Shown one piece after another: positions 9,539 through 19,153 of a stretch of 64,000 bases of DNA. Origin of the DNA: a virus; the IMG/VR virus record IMGVR_UViG_3300022752_005671, positions 64,001-128,000 of that record. The stretch is one strand, 5' to 3'. The stretch's first letter is position 1. The number at the start of each line of letters is the position of its first letter. The notes below the pieces were generated by a model. That model had not been told where the DNA came from. It worked only from the letters and a program-made list of their open reading frames with translations, and ran no database searches. Both the position numbers and the translations under genes were made by a program.

Positions 9539-9937
9539 ATGCCAGCACCAAGAAGAGCAATTTTAGCTGATATTAGTGAACAAAAGTTAGATCCAAATCA
9601 AGTTTATACACAAACTAACAAATCAGGAAAGTTTGTTGTATCTTCAGATGAAGTTGTTCAATATAAAAAGAAAGAAACTAAGTCTAGTTCAAAAGTTTTA
9701 GAACAAAAGTTATCTGTAGAAAAAACTTTAAAAAATGACGATGAATTAATAGTCATTAAAAAAGATGAAAATTTGCATGTTACTATGAATGAAGAAACAA
9801 ATGATTCTGTAAAAGCTACAGATGAAGAACATACAACTGACCATAAAGAATCTATGAATGATGTTGTAAGTTCTCAGATTATGAATGTAACTACAAAATC
9901 TTCAGAATCTTCAAAGAAAAAACAAAAGAAAAAGTGA
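9539..9937 (+). CDS. hypothetical protein (charged, low complexity)
   Basis: 132-aa ORF preceded by a GAGG RBS. Confidence 0.65.
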   Translation: MPAPRRAILADISEQKLDPNQVYTQTNKSGKFVVSSDEVVQYKKKETKSSSKVLEQKLSVEKTLKNDDELIVIKKDENLHVTMNEETNDSVKATDEEHTTDHKESMNDVVSSQIMNVTTKSSESSKKKQKKK

Positions 9938-9939
9938 AA

Positions 9940-10188
9940 TCAAATTAAAATTGAATTTTTTATCTTTTGAATGATTGTTTTTTCAATTTGACAAATTCTC
10001 ATTCTAGTTAATCCATAGATTTTTCCAATTTTTTGAAGTGTATAAGGGCCATTTTGAGAAGCAATAATAACGCAATTAAAGCTGTCGATATTGTTAATGT
10101 GATGTCGGCAGCTTTTCTTTTGGCAGCTTACTTTGTGCTTGGCATGTGCTTCAAAACATTTTATGTTGTTAATTACTGGTAATTTCAT
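9940..10188 (-). CDS. stand-alone sigma-70 region-4 HTH protein with a Cys/His-rich N-terminus
   Basis: YTLQKIGKIYGLTRMRICQIEK matches the sigma-70 4.2 pattern TLEEVG..F.VTRERIRQIE. Confidence 0.75.
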   Translation of the reverse strand: MKLPVINNIKCFEAHAKHKVSCQKKSCRHHINNIDSFNCVIIASQNGPYTLQKIGKIYGLTRMRICQIEKTIIQKIKNSILI

Positions 10189-10252
10189 TTTTAGATCTTA
10201 TCAATTAGTTTATAATCTAAGTGATAAATTTACATTGTTCATATAGAATAAC

Positions 10253-11617
10253 ATGACAAAGACATATGTTTTAGACACCAACGTTTTATTGAGTGATCCT
10301 GATAGCATCCACAGTTTTGAGGACAACGACTTATTAATTCCTATTCTTGTTTTGGAAGAGTTAGATAAACACAAAACAAGAAACGATGATGTAGGTAGAA
10401 ATGCTAGGCAGGTTAGTAGAATGCTTGACTCAATGAGAAATGAGTCAAGTTTTCATGATGGAGTAAAAACTAGAGGAGGAGGAACAATTAAGATTGTTTC
10501 TTCTGAAGTTGATCCATTGTCATTGCTTCCTAAAGAAATGTTAAAAAGCTCTAGCTTAGATAACATGATCATAGGATTTATGTTGACTCAAAAAGACAAG
10601 AACCTAGTTCTTGTTTCAAAAGATATCAACATAAGAGTTAAGTGTGACGCTCTTGGTCTAAAGTGTCAAGATTATTTAAATATGAGAATTTCTTCTGACA
10701 TTGATGAATTGTACAGAGGAGTTAAGTTAATTCATGTTAATGAAGATATCGTTGATTCATTTTATAGAGATGGAAAGATAGAGAAAGAAGTAGCGACGAA
10801 GGAACAAATTTATTCAAACCAAATAGTAATTTTAAAGACTGTCGATGAAAGAGGAAATACTGTTAAATCAGCGATGTCTAGATCTTATGAAGATGGAACA
10901 TTAAGATCTCTTTCTAAAATTGAAAGTGTTTTTGGATTAAGGCCAAGAAATAAAGAACAACTATTTTCTTTAGATTTATTAATGGACGAAAATATAAAGT
11001 TGCTTTCGATGATCGGAAAAGCTGGTTGCGGAAAGACACTTTTAGCAATTGCAGCAGGATTAGAACAATTATCTTCTGTTGGATCCCAACCAAAATATCA
11101 AAAATTAATAGTTTCGCGACCGGTTCAACCTGTTGGAAAAGACATAGGATATCTTCCAGGTACTTTAGAAGAGAAGATGGAACCATGGATAGCACCTGTT
11201 AAAGACAATCTAGATTTTCTTTTAGGTATTAATGGTAAGAAATCAGGAAGAAAATCAAAAGATAATCTAATGTCATCTGATCCTTATATGGAATTGATGC
11301 AACAAAGAGGATTAATTGAGATTGAAGCAATTTCTTTTATTCGTGGTAGATCAATTCCAAACGCATTTATTATCATTGATGAAGCACAAAATTTATCTAT
11401 GCATGAATTAAAAACCATTGTCACTAGAGTAGGAGAAGGAACAAAAATTGTTTTGACTGGAGACATTGAACAAATAGATAATGTCGAAGTTGATGCTTAT
11501 ACGAACGGTTTAACTTATGCAATTGAAAAGTTTAAAGAACATTCGATTGCAGCACATGTTACCTTACTAAAAGGAGAAAGAAGTCCATTAGCAACTTTAG
11601 CTTCAAAGATTTTGTAA
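10253..11617 (+). CDS. phoH: PIN domain-PhoH ATPase fusion (PhoH2-like)
   Basis: YVLDTNVLL (PIN), GKAGCGKT (Walker A), FIRGRSI, IIDEAQN and LTGDIEQID. Confidence 0.92.
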   Translation: MTKTYVLDTNVLLSDPDSIHSFEDNDLLIPILVLEELDKHKTRNDDVGRNARQVSRMLDSMRNESSFHDGVKTRGGGTIKIVSSEVDPLSLLPKEMLKSSSLDNMIIGFMLTQKDKNLVLVSKDINIRVKCDALGLKCQDYLNMRISSDIDELYRGVKLIHVNEDIVDSFYRDGKIEKEVATKEQIYSNQIVILKTVDERGNTVKSAMSRSYEDGTLRSLSKIESVFGLRPRNKEQLFSLDLLMDENIKLLSMIGKAGCGKTLLAIAAGLEQLSSVGSQPKYQKLIVSRPVQPVGKDIGYLPGTLEEKMEPWIAPVKDNLDFLLGINGKKSGRKSKDNLMSSDPYMELMQQRGLIEIEAISFIRGRSIPNAFIIIDEAQNLSMHELKTIVTRVGEGTKIVLTGDIEQIDNVEVDAYTNGLTYAIEKFKEHSIAAHVTLLKGERSPLATLASKIL

Positions 11618-11654
11618 GGCATTTTTATCATTCAAATAAATAATTGATATTGCC

Positions 11655-12647
11655 ATGAGCGGAATTTTAGATAACAAAACAAGAATAATGGACACGATCC
11701 TCACGTTAGAGGGTCGTCGCCAAATGGCTGATGGCAAATTAAAGATAGAATATGTAAGTTTTACAGACAATTCTACTTTTTATGATCCAGATGTTGTTAG
11801 CGGATCAGCAGATCCAACTAATAGAATTTATTTCGAACAGTGTCATTTGCCGCAAGATCAAATAACTTTTGAAGCAGATGATTCTGGTAAGTTAAAGCCA
11901 TTTAAAAATTCAGATAATATCAACGTTTCAAATTCAGGAAAAATATTTGTTTCTTCTTCAACGAATTTAACATTTTTGGAAGGAACAACATTTTCATCTA
12001 CTGCAAATGAGTTAATTGTTTCTTCTATTAAAAATTTTAATAATCTTCAAGTTATAGGAACGAAAGATTTTGTTTTTGAAAATGAAGGGTTTGAGATAGG
12101 ACCTTCTGAAGTAAATTTTGATGTTTTATATAAAAACAAAATAGGTTCCTCTGATCAAAATTTAGTTACTAATTTTAGTAAAGATTTTTTCGAAGAAAGA
12201 AATTTAGAAGAATTTCCAAGTCTTTTTAATAGTAAATGGTTAGATAAAGTTATAAATTTTAAATATTTACCACCAATTAATAAGGTTTTTGATAAAAACA
12301 TCACTAATAAATCAACATCTCAATTTTTAGAAAATAATAAAATTGGTGATTATAAAGATTTAAAAAGTAAATCTTATACTGTAGTTGATCTTGAAAAAGA
12401 TTTAGAAGATATTGAGAAAAAAGGATTAAAAAAATCTATAACGTTTGATCCAACTTCTTTAAATAACAATATCGTTTCTCAATTTTTTGAAATAAGCGAA
12501 ATTGAAATAAAAAAATTAGACGTTATTGATTATGGAACTTATTTTAACAATGGTAAATTAAAACATGCGTTTTTTGTTGGGAAAATAATGATAGATGCTG
12601 ATGATTCGCAATGTTTTATTAATTTGTTTACTTTAGTTTTCGAATGA
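11655..12647 (+). CDS. putative virion structural (baseplate-region) protein
   Basis: N-terminus (GILDNKTRIMDTILTLEGRRQM) is paralogous to that of 21149..21880; lies at the start of a large structural gene run. Confidence 0.55.
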   Translation: MSGILDNKTRIMDTILTLEGRRQMADGKLKIEYVSFTDNSTFYDPDVVSGSADPTNRIYFEQCHLPQDQITFEADDSGKLKPFKNSDNINVSNSGKIFVSSSTNLTFLEGTTFSSTANELIVSSIKNFNNLQVIGTKDFVFENEGFEIGPSEVNFDVLYKNKIGSSDQNLVTNFSKDFFEERNLEEFPSLFNSKWLDKVINFKYLPPINKVFDKNITNKSTSQFLENNKIGDYKDLKSKSYTVVDLEKDLEDIEKKGLKKSITFDPTSLNNNIVSQFFEISEIEIKKLDVIDYGTYFNNGKLKHAFFVGKIMIDADDSQCFINLFTLVFE

Positions 12648-12657
12648 GGCATTTGTT

Positions 12658-15141
12658 ATGTACGTTAATAGTGGCGAAAAAGAAAATAGAATTTTATTTG
12701 TAGATGATGACTTTGCATTTCTACATAAGATTTATCCTTTAGATCAAACGATAACTAATGTTTCTAAAGATTTACATTTTAAGTTTCGTTGTAAGGTTTC
12801 TCAAACGTCAGCTATAAAAGAAGGTGTATATTCTGTCGTCGTAACAGTTAAATCCGTTAATAAACAAATACCAACAATAGTGCCTAATGATTTAGAGTCT
12901 TTTGAAGGCAATGATATTGCAGAAAATATTTTAACTAATGCTTCAAAAATTAAAAATCAAAGTTTTAGAGAAGAAGCAAGCATAATATCTGAAAAAATTA
13001 TAGACATTACTTCAAAAATTGATAACAGGTTTTTAACTGCTATAAGGAATAACGTAATAGAAGAATCACAATTCTTAAAAACAAAAGTTATAGTAAAAAA
13101 GAAAAAAGATCCTAATGAAACATCTCAAGAAAGTTTAGAAAAAAGAACACAAAGAATTTCATTAAAATCTAGGTCGCTTGATCTTTTACTTTTAAGAAGT
13201 ACTCCCAAAATTAAATCAGAACAAATAAAGACTAGATTCAAACTTTTAAATTCATCTATCAGTCCATCTTCTATAACTTTATTAGAAAACAAAACGTTGA
13301 CTCCTTATTCTTCGCTTCTAGGTTCTAATTCTAGTAGCAATAATCAACAAAAAAGTTTTTTAAAAAATGACTTATTAGAATCTTTATATTTTTTTCATGA
13401 GTTTGAAAATATTGATAATGAAAATGATCATGAAAAAAAAGCTCTTAATAATCCTTACATGACAATTGTAGGACAGCAATTTGATGATCTTATAGAAGTA
13501 AGTACAAATTTTGTTTTTAAAGAAAATATAATGTATGTTCCTTTTTTAATAGTTGAGTTTAAGCTTATAAAAAACGTACTAGATTCTTTTAGAAATATTC
13601 AAAAAATTGTAATTGAAGCAGTAGAAAAAACGTTAGATTTAAAGCCTTATTACAATCAATTTTTTTCTAGAGAATTAAAACCTTTAAGAGTAGGAGTTTC
13701 TAAAAGTTTTCAAAAAAACTCAAATTATGTTTGTTTTGAAATACAAAATACGAATGAAGGAGCAGGTACTGCAAACATTTATAGAAAAAGTTTAAATTAT
13801 TTTAACGATTCTCATTTTCAAAAAATTACAAACATTCCATTTAGCACAAAAAATCAAATCAATTTTTATAAACACAATGACGTTGATGATGCGATCTATA
13901 GAGTTGTATACCAAAATTCAACGACAAACGAACTTTCAAATGATTTTACTGATGTTGTAGTAAATGATCCAAGAAAAATTAATTTTAATGACGTTATGGT
14001 CATCCCTTATTTATCAAGAGGAAAAATTTTTGTTAGCTTAATTAACGATTCTTATAATTTCAACGTTGTATCATGTAAGATTTTTTCAAAAAATTTGACA
14101 AAAAAAGAATCTAACTACGTATATCAAGCAACGTTTGATGTTAGTAAAGGAACGCAATCAGAAATTGCGATTACTAGAGATTTAGTTTTTTATAACACTT
14201 ATGAAATACGAGCAAAATTAGTTTTTGAGAACGGAGTAGAAGTTTTTTCTAAGTATTCAGGAATAATTCAGTACATTCCATATATTGGAGATATTTACAA
14301 CGTAAATATTACGGATTTTAGCACTGAAACTGATGACGTTACGTTCAACATTTTTGCTGAATTGCAACAAGATCAAGTAGGATTAATACAGAATTTGTTA
14401 TCGCAAGTTTCAGCGCAGTATAATACAGATTTTAATTCAGGAAGAGAAGCTGAATATGATAAATTTGTTGCATTTCAAATATTAAGATACGATTTATTAG
14501 ACGGAAGTTTTGAAGATTTTGGAATTGTACCTAATAATTCTTCATTTTCTGATGCTACAATATCAAAAATAAAAGGTATCCCCAACGCAATTGCAGAAAA
14601 AGCTTATACATACATAATTTCTCCATTAATAAGAGAACCATCGTCTGTTACGGAAATAGATAAAGAAATTGAAGATCAAGAAACAAATAAAACATATTCT
14701 TCAAATTTTAGAAAGTTTAGACATCCTCTAGCTTTGTCTAGAGGAAACATAATGTCAGAAAATAAAGTTAATAATGATGTTGTTCCTGACATGTTATATG
14801 GAATGGTAGCAAATTCTTTAAAAATAAATGTGCAAGCTGCAAAAAAGTACCCCACAATTTCTGATTTTATTGCTTTTAAATCAAAAGGAAAAGTTATTTT
14901 AACTTGGAATATTAATAAAAAAGAAATACAATTTGATCATATTTTAATTTTTAAAGAAAATAATGGAATTAAAACTTTGATTGGAAAAACTCACGGATTA
15001 AAAGACAACTATACATTTTTTTATGATTTAACTAATCACGATCTTGGAAATATCAGATTTGTGTTAACCCCTATAGAACAAGATTATTCTACTGGATCGT
15101 CAATAATATCTGATTATGTTTTAATTAATAGCGTGGAATAA
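12658..15141 (+). CDS. large putative structural protein with beta-rich (Ig/Fn3-like) C-terminus
   Basis: 827-aa ORF in the structural run; C-terminal VILTW..FDHILIF..YTFFYD pattern. Confidence 0.5.
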   Translation: MYVNSGEKENRILFVDDDFAFLHKIYPLDQTITNVSKDLHFKFRCKVSQTSAIKEGVYSVVVTVKSVNKQIPTIVPNDLESFEGNDIAENILTNASKIKNQSFREEASIISEKIIDITSKIDNRFLTAIRNNVIEESQFLKTKVIVKKKKDPNETSQESLEKRTQRISLKSRSLDLLLLRSTPKIKSEQIKTRFKLLNSSISPSSITLLENKTLTPYSSLLGSNSSSNNQQKSFLKNDLLESLYFFHEFENIDNENDHEKKALNNPYMTIVGQQFDDLIEVSTNFVFKENIMYVPFLIVEFKLIKNVLDSFRNIQKIVIEAVEKTLDLKPYYNQFFSRELKPLRVGVSKSFQKNSNYVCFEIQNTNEGAGTANIYRKSLNYFNDSHFQKITNIPFSTKNQINFYKHNDVDDAIYRVVYQNSTTNELSNDFTDVVVNDPRKINFNDVMVIPYLSRGKIFVSLINDSYNFNVVSCKIFSKNLTKKESNYVYQATFDVSKGTQSEIAITRDLVFYNTYEIRAKLVFENGVEVFSKYSGIIQYIPYIGDIYNVNITDFSTETDDVTFNIFAELQQDQVGLIQNLLSQVSAQYNTDFNSGREAEYDKFVAFQILRYDLLDGSFEDFGIVPNNSSFSDATISKIKGIPNAIAEKAYTYIISPLIREPSSVTEIDKEIEDQETNKTYSSNFRKFRHPLALSRGNIMSENKVNNDVVPDMLYGMVANSLKINVQAAKKYPTISDFIAFKSKGKVILTWNINKKEIQFDHILIFKENNGIKTLIGKTHGLKDNYTFFYDLTNHDLGNIRFVLTPIEQDYSTGSSIISDYVLINSVE

Positions 15142-15144
15142 GCA

Positions 15145-18100
15145 ATGTTAAAAACAGTAAGAACAACCAGATCTCCTGCAATTTTAGGAAATGTTTCTGT
15201 CCAACCAAGGCCGACTCAAACAACTTCAACTGGAACAACTACTCAAACAACTGCAAGCGGTACAGCTGTTCAAACTTCAACAGGAACGACTACTCAAGTA
15301 CCGACTACTGGTACTACTACTCAAACTTCTTCATCTGGAACCACGAAACCTAAAAAAAATCAAAAAGCACAACAAGCTTCTCAATCGCAAACGAACGCTA
15401 GTCAACCCCCTAAAGATGCTATAAAAGGTCCTTCTACCGATATAGGAACTCCGCAAGCTTTACCGCCGCCTTTGAATCCAGAATCTCCAGAATATAAAGC
15501 AGGAATAGCTTTTTATCGACCTGAAATCATTTCTTTAACAAATTTTACCCCTCTTTACGATGAGCAAGGAAATTCTACAGAATATGGAGAATTATTCGAC
15601 GCTTTGATAGAAACACTAAGAAAAACAGATATAGATGCAAGAAATTTTATTGAATCTTCTCCTCAACAGCAACAATTGATATTGCAAAATAATGAAAAAC
15701 TAAAAAAAGAACTTGATGAATTAAATTCAAACTTTAAACAATTAGCATCACATATTAGATATTTTGCTACATTAATAAATCGTTATAATCCAAGAACTTA
15801 TAAATTTTCTCCTCAAGAAATTTTATCTTCGTTATTTAGTGATAGAAATTCTTATACAAACTATTCATCATTAGTTTCATATGTTGAAAAAATGCAATCA
15901 ACTTATGATTTAGCATTAGCTAATAGCGAAGCAAAAAGAACACTTTCTAATCCTACATTAGAAGATATAAGAAATTTTAGTATGACTAAGCTGTGGGTAG
16001 AGTCAATTGAAAAAATGAAACAATTGATTTTTTCTCATAGTACAAAAAACATGGATCAAAAATTTGCAGATGCGATTCTTTTAGGTGCGTATTCCGACTT
16101 AAAATCTTCTGGAAGAATTACCGTTGATTCTCTTCTTGAATCGACAGGTAAAGGATCATTGATGTTTTCTAGTTTAATGAAAAAAAGGTTTTCATTTGTT
16201 CCCGTAGTTTATGCAAGTAATCCGCAATATAGTCAAAATGTTTACGGAAGCGCAACAATGTTGCATGTCTTATTGAAAGAAATTAGACAAAGAATGATCC
16301 TTCAAGCAATCGGTCAAACAAACTTTGATTTGGCTACAAGAAATGCAAAAGTTAATTCTTCAATAATAGACAAGTATGCTACTTCACAAGGAACATACGT
16401 TCAAAGATTTACTCCATTCGAGGGAAATAAACTTTATGATTTAGGGGTTTTTGCTGATATTAATAATAGAAATAACAATGTTTTTGCGCTAGAACCTGGA
16501 AGTCTTCAAAATAATAATGTAAGTGGATTCAAGTATTTTTTTGAGCAATTAGGAACAGAATTATTTTATTCAAGCGCTGGGACTACAGACATTATCTCTT
16601 CAAACGTTACTAAAATAGATGATTATTTATCATTTTTGAATAAAACTTACGATAATTTTTTAAATTATATAAAAAATTCTGGTGTTTTACCAATTGATCA
16701 AACTAATCTTTCTACTTCTTTTTCCTTGGATCCAATTCAATTTTTTGAAAATGAAATTTATAGCAAGTTTGTCGATGCAACAGGAAAATCAAAAATAGAA
16801 AAAGATTTGAGATTACAATCTGATGCAGAAAAGAGAGTAGGAACACCCGACGCAATAATATTAGGGTTATTTTTCTTAGCTTCAGGTGCACCTTCTTCAA
16901 TGGACATAATGAAACCGACGGACGTAAGAAGAAAGCAACGCCGTTTAGAGATACAACGAATTAATACCAGCGAAGATGTGAGGTATTTTGATTATAAAGT
17001 TACAGCCCGCGATTTAGTTAATGTTGAAGGAGGAGCACAAGCGTTTCTTACTTCAGAAATTAGAACTGCACTATACAATTATATAACAAGTAGAGTTCAA
17101 TCAGATGAAACTAACTTAGAGCCTGATAAAAATGTTTTATATATGATAAATGATACTCTAACTAACATAGCAGATGTTGTTGGAACAGGATTAGACGTCG
17201 GATTCGAGTTCGGAAAAAATTCTTATAATAGTGCCGTTGATAAAGGCAACGACGTATACTATAATGGACAAAATTTAGGTAAAGCCACTGAAGACGGAGA
17301 GATTAATTCTGTAATTGTTGCAGTTCGTAAAGACGGAGAAGGTGATCAAAATTATGGTTATGAATCAGCTTATGTAGGTCCTGATAAGTCTGGAGATAAC
17401 GCTTCATTCAGATATTCTGTTCCCGGTGATGATATTCAAATTTCAGCAATATGGGACATGGTTCCTTTTGATGGTGCAAATCTAACAAGAGATGATCCTG
17501 CTTATTTTATACATATGAGAAAATATTTTGCAGAATCAGAATTTATGACTTTGATAGTCGAAATTATGAAACCTTTCATTCAAAATGAAGTTTTTAGAGA
17601 TTTTGCGCCAATCATGTTCGATTTAATTTGTACGTTTTTAGGTCTATTTACTCCAATCAATGATATAAGAGTATACATCGATGACTGGTATTACGATCCT
17701 GATAACAGTGCAGCTTCAAAAGATGTTTTTAACATTACCGAACATTTAAAAAGCGCGTTAGTTTTTACTGCAAATTTATCAAAACCTGCAGAAGGAGGAG
17801 CTGGAGTTTCTGCTATTAAGTCTTCTATTGATAATTGCCTCATTTCAGAAACGACAACATTGATTGGGTTAATATTTTCAGTATTAGACATTCTTAGTAA
17901 GCAAAGAAATATCTTGACTCAGGTAAAAGAAAAAATAAATGCATTTTCCCAAGTTTCTCAAACAATCGGAAAATACGTCGATAATGATCCAAGAAAATTT
18001 GCTTTGTTATTTAATGAAAGACAAATATCTTCAACATTAAATTCTTTTCAAGATTTTTATGATTCATATAGCTCATTTTTTGCTGAAAACAAAGGTGTAA

Positions 18101-19131
18101 CTCCTTCTACAGAAATTTTTGACAAGTATTTAAATAGATTAAGTTATTCTCCAAAAATGGTTTCTATATTGAGACAATTTTTTAAAAACGAAGAATACAC
18201 TTCAAAAAAAGGTTACAATAAGCAAATTTTAACAGTTGGAATTCCTCAAGGATTAATTTCAGAATTAAATAAAAAACTACTTCAAAAGATACCTAATCCT
18301 TCTATAACAAAAAATGTAACTAATATCGTATTTAAAATACTTTTATATAAAGTAGATTTATTAAATGATGATTTAATTTTCTTACCAAAAAAGTTTTTAT
18401 TTGAAATTTCAAGATTTAACGTAAAAAATTATTCAAAAATTAGTGATATAAATTCTGCTCAATTGAACTTTTCAGGATTTGAAAATTCATTACCAACATT
18501 ATTTTCAACGAGAAGTTTCCAAGTTTTTAACACAGATTTAAATTCTAATTCTACAGATTTGTTCTTTGAAAACAAGCCTACAGCTTCATCATTAACTCCA
18601 TTTTCTACTGGTAACCAAATCGTTGACTCGAATGTTTATTCTTCAGGATTAACAGAAAAAGAAAAAATAGAAATTTTAAACAATCATTCTTTAAGTTTCG
18701 TTTTAGAAAATTATTTGAATTTACTTTCTGGAATGAATTTTACAGAAGATACTTTCCCTTTATTGGATCTAGCTGATTTAAATTCATTGTTTAGAGAGCT
18801 TGTTACGCCTAACATGCAACCTTATCAAAAGGCTATTCAAACAGCACTTAGTCAAAGCCCTTCAGACGTAAATCCTTATCTAAAAAGGATAATATCTCCC
18901 AAGGTTTTTGATAGAGTATTCAACATAATATTTGATCCAGATTCATTTATTGTTGATAATCAAAAGACTAATATCAGCATTAGAAATAGTATGGTACAAA
19001 AAGGTATTATAGAAGAAGTTTCTGCGCCCTCGCTTGACGGAAAAACGTATTATAAAAACGTTGAAAAATCTTTTAGAGATCCTACACTAAATTCTTATTT
19101 TATCAATATTGAGTCTTATTCTATTCTTTAA
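15145..19131 (+). CDS. large putative structural protein with a Thr-rich N-terminal linker
   Basis: 1328-aa ORF; TTTQ/TGT repeats at aa ~24-67. Confidence 0.55.
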   Translation: MLKTVRTTRSPAILGNVSVQPRPTQTTSTGTTTQTTASGTAVQTSTGTTTQVPTTGTTTQTSSSGTTKPKKNQKAQQASQSQTNASQPPKDAIKGPSTDIGTPQALPPPLNPESPEYKAGIAFYRPEIISLTNFTPLYDEQGNSTEYGELFDALIETLRKTDIDARNFIESSPQQQQLILQNNEKLKKELDELNSNFKQLASHIRYFATLINRYNPRTYKFSPQEILSSLFSDRNSYTNYSSLVSYVEKMQSTYDLALANSEAKRTLSNPTLEDIRNFSMTKLWVESIEKMKQLIFSHSTKNMDQKFADAILLGAYSDLKSSGRITVDSLLESTGKGSLMFSSLMKKRFSFVPVVYASNPQYSQNVYGSATMLHVLLKEIRQRMILQAIGQTNFDLATRNAKVNSSIIDKYATSQGTYVQRFTPFEGNKLYDLGVFADINNRNNNVFALEPGSLQNNNVSGFKYFFEQLGTELFYSSAGTTDIISSNVTKIDDYLSFLNKTYDNFLNYIKNSGVLPIDQTNLSTSFSLDPIQFFENEIYSKFVDATGKSKIEKDLRLQSDAEKRVGTPDAIILGLFFLASGAPSSMDIMKPTDVRRKQRRLEIQRINTSEDVRYFDYKVTARDLVNVEGGAQAFLTSEIRTALYNYITSRVQSDETNLEPDKNVLYMINDTLTNIADVVGTGLDVGFEFGKNSYNSAVDKGNDVYYNGQNLGKATEDGEINSVIVAVRKDGEGDQNYGYESAYVGPDKSGDNASFRYSVPGDDIQISAIWDMVPFDGANLTRDDPAYFIHMRKYFAESEFMTLIVEIMKPFIQNEVFRDFAPIMFDLICTFLGLFTPINDIRVYIDDWYYDPDNSAASKDVFNITEHLKSALVFTANLSKPAEGGAGVSAIKSSIDNCLISETTTLIGLIFSVLDILSKQRNILTQVKEKINAFSQVSQTIGKYVDNDPRKFALLFNERQISSTLNSFQDFYDSYSSFFAENKGVTPSTEIFDKYLNRLSYSPKMVSILRQFFKNEEYTSKKGYNKQILTVGIPQGLISELNKKLLQKIPNPSITKNVTNIVFKILLYKVDLLNDDLIFLPKKFLFEISRFNVKNYSKISDINSAQLNFSGFENSLPTLFSTRSFQVFNTDLNSNSTDLFFENKPTASSLTPFSTGNQIVDSNVYSSGLTEKEKIEILNNHSLSFVLENYLNLLSGMNFTEDTFPLLDLADLNSLFRELVTPNMQPYQKAIQTALSQSPSDVNPYLKRIISPKVFDRVFNIIFDPDSFIVDNQKTNISIRNSMVQKGIIEEVSAPSLDGKTYYKNVEKSFRDPTLNSYFINIESYSIL

Positions 19132-19153
19132 ATAATTAAATTAATAAATAAAA

